Positions 9,952 through 17,721 of a stretch of 35,596 nt of DNA are shown one piece after another. The first letter of the stretch is position 1. Each line of letters begins with the position of its first letter. A model generated the notes under the pieces. It had not been told where the DNA came from. It did no database searches and was given only the letters and a program-made list of their open reading frames with translations. The translations under genes were made by a program, and so were the position numbers. The stretch covers positions 1-35,596 of the forward strand of contig CAINFV010000017.1 in NCBI GenBank assembly GCA_903848235.1. The letters are read 5' to 3'. Source of the stretch: Chlamydiia bacterium. Lineage in GTDB: Bacteria; Chlamydiota; Chlamydiia; Chlamydiales; FEN-1388.

Positions 9952-10232
9952 ATGGAACGGCTTCACTTTCTACAAAAGATAGAATTTCTATTCAAAATTC
10001 ACTCAGTGTGTGGACTGTTAGGCCCAGACAAGTGGGCAAAACGACGCTGGCTAGGCAATTCATCCAATGACGGCAGGCGAATCCGTTTTAAGATAAAGTA
10101 CACAGAGATACACCACGAATTACAAAATCAATCCTTGTTTCGCTAGAAGACCTGGGCCTGGACCATCTGTATGTGATCTATCCGCACGAAGCGAGCTTCC
10201 CTCTTTCAGACAAAATCACGGTTGTTGGCTTA
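9952..10232 (+). pseudogene. Remnant of an AAA_14/DUF4143 ATP-binding protein gene
   Basis: The N-terminus reads into Walker A GPRQVGKTTLARQF after a 1-nt deletion near 10025. It then jumps to the family C-terminus, GRRIRFKIKYT/DTPRITKSILVSLEDLGLDHLYVIYP...DKITVVGL, with a second frameshift near 10105. Confidence 0.8.
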
Positions 10233-11255
10233 CAGGGTCTCGAGCGATCTATTTTCAATGGCCGCCGAGAGTTCGTCACAGGTGATGGATAAATGTTCTC
10301 TTGGATGACGAGATCGACTATGGAGATACGCTTGATCATAGTACTCTAACAGAAGCCTGGCCGCTTCTCCTCTGCGCCCCTGTTCTATCTCCGATACCAC
10401 GCTCTGCACTCTCTGCCCACCCAACCGCTTATCGAGTTTTTTCGTGCACGCAACCAGCCACTCTTCTGGAAGATCCCCATAAGAAGCAAGGATATGCGCA
10501 AGTCGATCTTCGATGCCGACCTGAAGCCACAAAACCCTTGAGCGATCCATATTCTCGTAGATCCCTTGCGGGATAACACACGACCCAATACGGAGGCTTT
10601 CATCTTCGACAAAGATCGGAACTTGGGGATCCATCATCCAGAGCTTCTCAGCAAGAAGATTTTCAAAATGCTCCGTTCTAGGTTGGACAACTCCTGGCAG
10701 AAGGCCAAAGGCACTTCCCCGGTGGTTGGCCAGCTCTTCTAGATCGATCGCCTGAAATCCCTTCTCTTTGAGGACCTTGATCCATGAGGTTTTTCCACTG
10801 CCAGTAGGACCGCCGATGACGATAAAGCGAAAATCTCGTGAAAAGGTATCTAAGACATGATGCCGAAAGGCTTTATATCCGCCATCGAGTCGTACCGTTG
10901 GACACCCTATGAATTCGCACAGCCATTGAACAGAGCGGCTTCTCATCCCCCCGCGAAAGCAGGTCACACGACACGTAGTCTCATGAGAGTGGCGAAGCGT
11001 ATCGCGTATGGCCTTGGCCATGTCCCCAAGCTTAGGACCTACTAGCTGCAACCCCATCTGGACAGCAATATCATGGCCTCGCTGCTTATACAGCGTGCCA
11101 ATGACAGCACGCTCTTCGTCAGTAAAAAGTGGAAGGGAATGCGATCCTGGAATATGACCGGAAGCATATTCACAGGGGGACCGAACATCGAAGATCGGCC
11201 CCAAAGCTTTGTTCAGAAAATGGTCACAATCAACGACCTGTGTAGAGGCGCTCAT
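10230..11255 (-). CDS. mnmH: tRNA 2-selenouridine/geranyl-2-thiouridine synthase
   Basis: Rhodanese domain (DVRSPCEY, CFRGGMRS), P-loop GPTGSGKT, DLEELANHRGSAFG and VEDES motifs. Confidence 0.93.
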   Translation of the reverse strand: MSASTQVVDCDHFLNKALGPIFDVRSPCEYASGHIPGSHSLPLFTDEERAVIGTLYKQRGHDIAVQMGLQLVGPKLGDMAKAIRDTLRHSHETTCRVTCFRGGMRSRSVQWLCEFIGCPTVRLDGGYKAFRHHVLDTFSRDFRFIVIGGPTGSGKTSWIKVLKEKGFQAIDLEELANHRGSAFGLLPGVVQPRTEHFENLLAEKLWMMDPQVPIFVEDESLRIGSCVIPQGIYENMDRSRVLWLQVGIEDRLAHILASYGDLPEEWLVACTKKLDKRLGGQRVQSVVSEIEQGRRGEAARLLLEYYDQAYLHSRSRHPREHLSITCDELSAAIENRSLETL

Positions 11256-11266
11256 CGCAAATTCCG

Positions 11267-12562
11267 TTATATATACCTTGGCGTGGCTTGCGGCGTTAAG
11301 CGCTCCAACCCCCCAAGATAGGGACGTAACGCCTCAGGGATGATCACCGAACCGTCGGGTTGCTGGTTATTCTCCAAGAGAGCTACCATCAGCCGCGAAG
11401 TCGCCAATCCAGAGCCATTCAGAGTATGGACCAACAGAGGCTTATCATTCCCTCTACGCAGACGTGTGTTGGATCGTCGGGATTGGTAGTCAGTACAGTT
11501 TGAAATCGACGAGACCTCATAATACCGATCTTGCCCTGGCAGCCATACCTCGACGTCAATGGTCTTGGCAGATGCAAAGGACATATCCCCTGTTGTCAGT
11601 AACATAGACCGATAATGGAGACCAAGCCCTTCGACAAGCTTCTCTGCAGAATGGACGAGCTCTTCGAAAATCTCAGGACTTTGCTCAGGCGTTGTGAAGG
11701 CAAACATTTCTACTTTATTGAACTGATGGGTGCGAATCAATCCCCGCTCTTGGGAGCCTGCAGCACCTGCCTCACGGCGAAAACAAGGGGTATAGGCAAT
11801 GAATTTCAAAGGCAACGACTCTTCGGGGATGATCTCATCCATCAACAAGCCATTAAGAGCTACTTCCGCTGTGGGAATCATATATAGCTCTTGCTCTCCG
11901 TCAGTGACTTTATACTGCTGATTAGCGAACTTCGGCAGTTGGCCAGAGGCAAAGAGCACCTCTTTTTTCACGGCAATAGGAGGGAACCACTGGGTAAACC
12001 CATTTTTTACGTGGAAATCAACCATGTAGTTAAGCAATGCCCATTCAAGACGAGCTCCTAGCCCTTTATACGATGGCCACCCAGAACCAGATATTTTGGT
12101 CGCCCGTTCAAAATCAAACAATCCAAGACGCTCGTTGAGCTCGACATGGTTTTTGGCAGAAAAGGCAAAGGTAGGACGAGCTCCGAAAGATCTGACCATA
12201 ACATTATCTTTTGGATCAGGAGAGACGGGGATGTCATCATAAGGAAGATTTGGCAGCCGAGCCAGCTCATCAATCAATTCAGGCTCAAGCAAAGCGATCT
12301 CATGGTCCAACTGATGAATACGATCTGCCATAGCAGAGACTTCATTCATCTCTGTGCCACACTCTTTTCCCTCACGCTTCAATCGCCCAATGGTATTCGA
12401 AGCATCATTTCGCTTGGCTTTCAGCTGCTCTACCTCAGTCTTCTTTGACCGGATAGATTCATCAAGCGATAAGACTTTTGAGATATCAGCATCTGCAACC
12501 TTCGTTTGTAGGCGCTGCTGGACAAGAGCTGGATCCTTACGGATAAGACGAATATCAATCAT
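11267..12562 (-). CDS. serS: Serine--tRNA ligase
   Basis: N-terminal coiled-coil arm; PTAEV, FRREAG, HQFNKVE, EVSSISNC and TLNGSGLA motifs. Confidence 0.98.
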   Translation of the reverse strand: MIDIRLIRKDPALVQQRLQTKVADADISKVLSLDESIRSKKTEVEQLKAKRNDASNTIGRLKREGKECGTEMNEVSAMADRIHQLDHEIALLEPELIDELARLPNLPYDDIPVSPDPKDNVMVRSFGARPTFAFSAKNHVELNERLGLFDFERATKISGSGWPSYKGLGARLEWALLNYMVDFHVKNGFTQWFPPIAVKKEVLFASGQLPKFANQQYKVTDGEQELYMIPTAEVALNGLLMDEIIPEESLPLKFIAYTPCFRREAGAAGSQERGLIRTHQFNKVEMFAFTTPEQSPEIFEELVHSAEKLVEGLGLHYRSMLLTTGDMSFASAKTIDVEVWLPGQDRYYEVSSISNCTDYQSRRSNTRLRRGNDKPLLVHTLNGSGLATSRLMVALLENNQQPDGSVIIPEALRPYLGGLERLTPQATPRYI

Positions 12563-12641
12563 GGTGTCTCCGGAAGATACTGTTGAATTACAACTTTCCC
12601 CATAGAATACCCGATAGAAAGAATAGAAAGAAAGATGAGTG

Positions 12642-12740
12642 ATACTCTCGGCTTTGCAAAAATCTCAGCAAATGCGCATGCCAAGTATTGTCGCAAAATG
12701 TCGACCTCTGTAGACTCCGATTTCTCTGCGCCAACCGTAT
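12642..12740. repeat. Possible decayed palindromic element
   Basis: The left end ATACTCTCGGCTTTGCAAAAATC loosely matches the reverse complement of the right end, ATACGGTTGGCGCAGAGAAATC. Confidence 0.3.
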
Positions 12741-12805
12741 TTCTCTCTCATTGTGGGTAGAAATAAACATGTTGTAGATAGTGCTAAGAATGGTGGAGGA
12801 GTTTC

Positions 12806-14056
12806 ATGGGGTTTGTATTTTTCGCGATCACCGCTGCTGCAGTAGTGGGTGCTCCAGTGAGTTCAACGTCTCAATCTGTTCCAGAGCTAGACTGCCCTGA
12901 TACTACATTTGAAGTCGTCTCTCAAGAAGAACCTTCTAAGCCCGCACCCGAAATAGTCACGAAAAAGCAGCCTCCTCAGGCGATAGAAGCTTTCACAGGA
13001 AAGGTTACTGGATCGCGAGTTCGGGTTCGCTTACAGCCAAGTCTGGATGGCATTATTCTCAAGGAGCTCAATCAAGGAGAGCTAATTATCGTCACTGGCG
13101 AAATGGACGATTTTTATGCGGTAAAGCCAGAGACAAAATGCAAAGGATATATCTATCGGGCCTATGTGCTCGACAATGTCGTAGAGGCTAATAATGTAAA
13201 CCTTCGACTCGAGCCAGATGTCCACGCACCGATCTTAACACAGCTAGGTCAGGGTGATAGTATCAAAGGAACCACATGCCCCGAGAACAATAAGTGGCTG
13301 ATGGTAGACCTTCCCGACACCGTGCGGTTCTACATTGCAAAAGACTTCGTAGCAAACATTGGAGACGTTACTCTTTATAAACGCACGCAAATGCGCCGTC
13401 AGCAGCTTGCCAGCCATCTAGAAACAGTCGATAAAAACATTCAAAATGAATTAAAAAAGCCCTTTGCTGAGATTCAGCCTGTGCCATTTGTCAACGACCT
13501 TAAAATCATCGTCGCCCAAAATCAAGATCTCCCTGAACTAGCTGACAAGGCACAGTCTCTGATCAAAACGATCCAAGAACAATATCTTCAACTCAGCCTG
13601 AGAAAGCCTCTCGATACCTCAAAAGAGACAGCAGCATCTGGTCATCCGTCGGCACAAGCGCAAGTCGCATCCCTTGATGCACCATCCGTTCAAGGCTTTG
13701 CCGCGGATATCCGTCATCTGTCATCGTTCGCCCTCGAGCAGCAAGAAAATACGGTTTTAGATCAAGCGCTCCGCTCAGGGAAAATCGAAAACAAAGATAG
13801 TTTCTATGCCGAAGAGCTCAAGAACGCACAAGAGATTTCTGGGCAACTCGTTCCCTATGATCGCCCAGTGAAAAACCGCCCTGGCGACTTCATGCTGGTC
13901 GACGCAAAGACAAAAGTCCCTGTTGCCTATCTGTATAGCAACCGCCAAGACCTCAATCAATTTGCCGGGCAGCCAGTCCATTTGATGGTCACCCCTCGAC
14001 CAAACCACCACTTCGCACTGCCAGCCTATTTCGTCCTCGAAATCAAATCGTGGTAG
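12806..14056 (+). CDS. SH3-domain protein, chlamydial CT017/Ctad1-like
   Basis: Hydrophobic N-terminus and two bacterial SH3-like repeats (VRVRLQPS.., VNLRLEPD..). C-terminal NRPGDF and PRPNHHFALPAYFV motifs recalled as typical of this family. GGAGGAG RBS. Confidence 0.8.
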   Translation: MGFVFFAITAAAVVGAPVSSTSQSVPELDCPDTTFEVVSQEEPSKPAPEIVTKKQPPQAIEAFTGKVTGSRVRVRLQPSLDGIILKELNQGELIIVTGEMDDFYAVKPETKCKGYIYRAYVLDNVVEANNVNLRLEPDVHAPILTQLGQGDSIKGTTCPENNKWLMVDLPDTVRFYIAKDFVANIGDVTLYKRTQMRRQQLASHLETVDKNIQNELKKPFAEIQPVPFVNDLKIIVAQNQDLPELADKAQSLIKTIQEQYLQLSLRKPLDTSKETAASGHPSAQAQVASLDAPSVQGFAADIRHLSSFALEQQENTVLDQALRSGKIENKDSFYAEELKNAQEISGQLVPYDRPVKNRPGDFMLVDAKTKVPVAYLYSNRQDLNQFAGQPVHLMVTPRPNHHFALPAYFVLEIKSW

Positions 14057-14068
14057 GCATCTTCTCAA

Positions 14069-14105
14069 GACAGTGTGTGAAAAGCACCGCTTTTCACACA
14101 CTGTC
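14069..14105. terminator. Perfect 17-bp hairpin between convergent genes
   Basis: GACAGTGTGTGAAAAGC-ACC-GCTTTTCACACACTGTC. No clear U-tract. Confidence 0.6.
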
Positions 14106-14155
14106 CCTTAGTGTTATTCCCTCTCCAGCCTCCGCTCCCGTCCTCTCCCCTGGCA

Positions 14156-17100
14156 TCAGGGCGCCTCAGTCATCAACAATTGCGCAATAGGGTGAGCAGG
14201 AGCTTGTACAAAGAACCCGCTTTTTAAAAGCATCGTGGCTAGCATATTAGGATGCAAAGCATCGTATCGAGTATCTACTGGAAAGATATCCTTGAAAAAA
14301 GTGCATTTCGGAACCCCTTCTGGAAGACGCTCATTAAGGACTGCATCCATCTCCCTGAACGTAATAACCAACATTGAGGCCACAAACTCTGAGCAAAACA
14401 TACGTTTCACAGATAGCTCTGAGACAACTCTTGCCTCATCTACTCTTTCCGCATCAGCAACACGACCTTGAGCCCACTCGAGCAACGATGACCACTGCTG
14501 AGCAGTGGCCCTTTGTGCGTCACAGCCTAGTGCGTATCCACTGGCTGCGAGGAGTAATTTTCCTGGGCTTGACATGATCTTCCATGCCGCATCCTCGAAA
14601 CTCACGAACATACTGTGAAAAGACTTCCACTGTGAAAGTTCAATTTTTTCCAACTCCTCGCTGTGCCTCTCCACAAACACTCGGAAAATTTGAGAATAAA
14701 AGCGTGCCATCCGGTCTTGGAGTTCTGAAATATCCGACGTATCGAAAATCACTTCCACATTTTTCCTCCCCTCAGCCGTAAGCATGGAAAGAAAATTTGG
14801 CCGGAGAATATTACTTATGAGGAGATGAGTATACGGGGTGGGTTCGATGTGGATTTGGGAGCCTGCTTTTAGGTCGATATGTTTTCCAGGCTCTACTCCC
14901 AATGCTGCATGTTGAAGCGGCCCCGTAAAAAATGGTTGAACGCTAAACACCGATTGGTTTCGCCAGAGAGTTTGAATTATTTTTAACATATTGCTTAAGG
15001 TCAATGGCATCGCAGACAACGATTCTTCAGGAGTCCCCCGTAACCGGTCTTGACGTATTTCATCTTCAAACAAAACATCCCCTGGAAGAATTGCTGGGAG
15101 CTCTGTGAGCGACCCTTCGATCCTAGTCAATAACAGTGATGCCTGTGTGATTTCATCAAATACCGGCCCCCATGAAACGCCATTCTCTGACAGCACCGCC
15201 GTCAAGGCCTGCAGCTCCTCACTTCCATATAATCCAACAGAATTGAAGAGTTGAAGACAGTCGCTTTGCTGGGATGCAGCAGATACCTGATGCTGTTTAC
15301 AATAGCGAATAAGTTCTTGATTTTTTTCTGCAAAGGCTCGAATCTCCGTCAGACTTTCAGTCGCATTTTTGACAAGCTGTTCATAGATTTCATCTACATC
15401 GATTCTCCCCTCATAAAGACGCTTTAGCACAGCGCTATCAGCACCAATTTCTGTTACATCAGCAAGGATCTTCTCAATAGACGACGCGGCCTGACCGGAT
15501 AGTAAACGAAGCGCCGAATTCTGCTTTGCCCGTGGGTCTTCAGGGTCCTCTGGCAATAAAGAATCAAGTTCGGCGAGCATGATAGAAAGACGTGCCCTAA
15601 TCGGTTCATCAGAGGATATCGAGGCAACCTTCCGAAGCTGTTCTCGGAGTGCCGTAAGGCTTTTAATACTCGCCTCAAGGTGGTCAAAAACGGCAAAGGC
15701 GCCACTTCTATCAAACAACAACATTAGGCTCTCGATCATCGGACGACAAGAGGGGCCCTGAAGTCTGGCTAGGCTAAGCCTGAGCACATATGATGCGAGC
15801 ACCCCCCCATGATTTTCTTCAATTAGTTTTCGAATACACTGCCTTTCTCTGCTATCGCCTTGGATGTACTCGAAAAGTGCTTCAATTTTGCGCTTTTCAT
15901 CGATGGTAAGCGGGGTTTCCCTGGGACCGTTAGGGGGCAGGGTACTCAATGGTGCGTAAAGAGTCCTAAAAATAGTTTCAAATGGCAATTTTGCCAGATG
16001 TTCGAAAAAATTCGCGGCGATAAATGGAAGTTTTTGAAAATCTCTCACAGGATCAACGCTCTGTAGTTTCTCGTGCCACTCAGAAGACGGGGTAAAGATT
16101 GAGTATTCTCTCATCAGAGTAATAACGTCTTGATAACGCCCCCACTCATACATCAGACCAGCAAGCCTTTTGAGATAGCTAAACTTCTCAGGACGATCAA
16201 CTTTTGAAAACCATTCCAAGCCGATCTTCGCGGCCTGATAGTCATTTTCGTCTTTTGTTGGCAAGCTAATGATCTCTTCAATGAAAGAAGAGACCTCCTT
16301 AAAAGCCTCCTCGAGAAATGGATGTTGGCGCTTTTGAAGCGGTGTCGCTCCTTTCTGTTGTTTCTGAATTTTATCTTTTTTAGACCCTCCTTGAAACTCT
16401 TTTTCAACAATGGCGATTTCAGTCCGTAACGGCGTTAGCATCGCAATTTTTTCTTCCCGATTGCCAGCGCGAAATGCCTCCAGAAGATCTCGAAGGCGCT
16501 GTTCTGAACGAATCTGCGATACCGATTCATCAACACTGATTCTTTTTTTTTGCGTCCTACGAGCCCCCTCCACAGGTTGTTCATGCAAAGGAATCAACGC
16601 TGCGGTTTGCGTCGATATCCTCGAAAAAATGAGATGGATTTGCTCTTCCTTAGGCTTAGCTCTCTCTTCGCTCGTCAATACATTCATGTGAGGAGTTATA
16701 AGTTCCAAAAGCTCCTCTTCTCTGCCAGACGTTGCATACATCAAGGCAAGAGAGCGAAGATACTCAACGCGTCGATCTGTATCAACTTCTGACAACCACT
16801 TCATACACTTCATGGCAAATTCATACTCTTCAGGAGAACTCTCCAGTTGAGTTCCATGTCGAACAGAATCGCGCACACTAGAATAAATTCTCGACAACGT
16901 TCCTAGTCCACTTTTGGAACCAGACTCTGCGCTCTCACTTCTATGTTGCGTCCCTCGTTTACCTCTCAGATAGCGCCTTCCTTTACAGGAACTCTGAACA
17001 ACCACTGCTACTTGAAACATTTTTTCCAAAGAAGCTGCTTTTTGAACCAAAGACCCGGATTGAAAATCCATAAACGTCTCTTGCAGCCTCTCTAAGGCCT

Positions 17101-17242
17101 CCTGCGGCAATAGACTATCAATAGACCCATCAACAACTCTTCCCGCCATGGCGCCCTTCTTTGCCCCACCTTCTGATACCCCCCCCTTCTCTGGAAGAAG
17201 CTCTCGGGTCACGTCCATCGGAGTGTAGTCAGAAGTACTCAT
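14156..17242 (-). CDS. Large putative effector with TPR-like repeats and a C-terminal permuted papain-like (YiiX/LRAT-type NlpC/P60) domain
   Basis: PGDVLF (15077-15085), QHAAL (His 14909-14911), MFCSEFVA (Cys 14393-14395) and LHPN motifs. Start set at ATG 17242 with an AGGGGA RBS, because the ORF-track start lies inside a palindrome. Confidence 0.8.
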   Translation of the reverse strand: MSTSDYTPMDVTRELLPEKGGVSEGGAKKGAMAGRVVDGSIDSLLPQEALERLQETFMDFQSGSLVQKAASLEKMFQVAVVVQSSCKGRRYLRGKRGTQHRSESAESGSKSGLGTLSRIYSSVRDSVRHGTQLESSPEEYEFAMKCMKWLSEVDTDRRVEYLRSLALMYATSGREEELLELITPHMNVLTSEERAKPKEEQIHLIFSRISTQTAALIPLHEQPVEGARRTQKKRISVDESVSQIRSEQRLRDLLEAFRAGNREEKIAMLTPLRTEIAIVEKEFQGGSKKDKIQKQQKGATPLQKRQHPFLEEAFKEVSSFIEEIISLPTKDENDYQAAKIGLEWFSKVDRPEKFSYLKRLAGLMYEWGRYQDVITLMREYSIFTPSSEWHEKLQSVDPVRDFQKLPFIAANFFEHLAKLPFETIFRTLYAPLSTLPPNGPRETPLTIDEKRKIEALFEYIQGDSRERQCIRKLIEENHGGVLASYVLRLSLARLQGPSCRPMIESLMLLFDRSGAFAVFDHLEASIKSLTALREQLRKVASISSDEPIRARLSIMLAELDSLLPEDPEDPRAKQNSALRLLSGQAASSIEKILADVTEIGADSAVLKRLYEGRIDVDEIYEQLVKNATESLTEIRAFAEKNQELIRYCKQHQVSAASQQSDCLQLFNSVGLYGSEELQALTAVLSENGVSWGPVFDEITQASLLLTRIEGSLTELPAILPGDVLFEDEIRQDRLRGTPEESLSAMPLTLSNMLKIIQTLWRNQSVFSVQPFFTGPLQHAALGVEPGKHIDLKAGSQIHIEPTPYTHLLISNILRPNFLSMLTAEGRKNVEVIFDTSDISELQDRMARFYSQIFRVFVERHSEELEKIELSQWKSFHSMFVSFEDAAWKIMSSPGKLLLAASGYALGCDAQRATAQQWSSLLEWAQGRVADAERVDEARVVSELSVKRMFCSEFVASMLVITFREMDAVLNERLPEGVPKCTFFKDIFPVDTRYDALHPNMLATMLLKSGFFVQAPAHPIAQLLMTEAP

Positions 17243-17276
17243 GCTCATTTCCCCTATTTTCCATGGAATTCTTAGC

Positions 17277-17437
17277 ATACCTCTTCTTATTCCAGAATCG
17301 GATTGACGCTTAGAAAAAGCCTCGGAATTCGATCGATCAAAAAAGAGCCCATATTGCAATGTTGGCCCCTTTTTGATCGGCGAATCGCGAGAGCTTTTTC
17401 TTAAGCGTCAACTCGATTCTTGAACAAGAAGAGGTAT
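17277..17437. repeat. 161-bp imperfect palindrome (ERIC-like/MITE-like), ATAC...GTAT ends
   Basis: Nested arms: ATACCTCTTCTT/AAGAAGAGGTAT, AGAATCG/CGATTCT, TTGACGCTTA/TAAGCGTCAA, GAAAAAGC/GCTTTTTC and CGATCAAAAA/TTTTTGATCG. Confidence 0.9.
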
Positions 17438-17454
17438 AGATAGCCGACTTATAA

Positions 17455-17614
17455 ATACAATTTTAACACTTAACGCTCAACGACTATACACATCTTAGCT
17501 GAAGAATTGCCTTTACAGAAGTCAAAAAAAGGAGGGGTCTTGACTAGAAGCGAAGCTGGCTAAATTGCCTTTCAACAAAGTTGAGCCTAATGAAAAGCCG
17601 GTCAACTTGGGTAT
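17455..17614. repeat. Decayed 160-bp palindromic element, ATAC...GTAT ends
   Basis: Roughly concentric inverted pairs centred near 17532: ATAC/GTAT, GCTCAAC/GTTGAGC, TTAGC/GCTAA and AGTCAA/TTGACT. Confidence 0.5.
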
Positions 17615-17655
17615 CCCTAACCATCCACTTTGTCCCATTGACGATTGAACGGCTG

Positions 17656-17685
17656 TTGACATGTTTCTGTAAAAAAACATATCTA
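17656..17685 (+). promoter_or_regulatory. Possible sigma66/sigma70 promoter for the 1463-aa gene
   Basis: Perfect TTGACA at 17656-17661. The -10 is weak (TATCTA at an 18-bp spacer). Confidence 0.3.
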
Positions 17686-17721
17686 GTAGATCATTGCATT
17701 AGGTGAGGATTAGGTATCACT

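Noticed and set aside
12666..12684. Sigma54-like TGGCAT...TTGC on the minus strand upstream of serS
   Set aside because: GG-GC spacing is 11 bp, not the required 10.
17243..17359. N-terminal 39-aa extension of the 1067-aa ORF
   Set aside because: The TTG start lies inside the 161-bp palindrome. A good RBS precedes ATG 17242.
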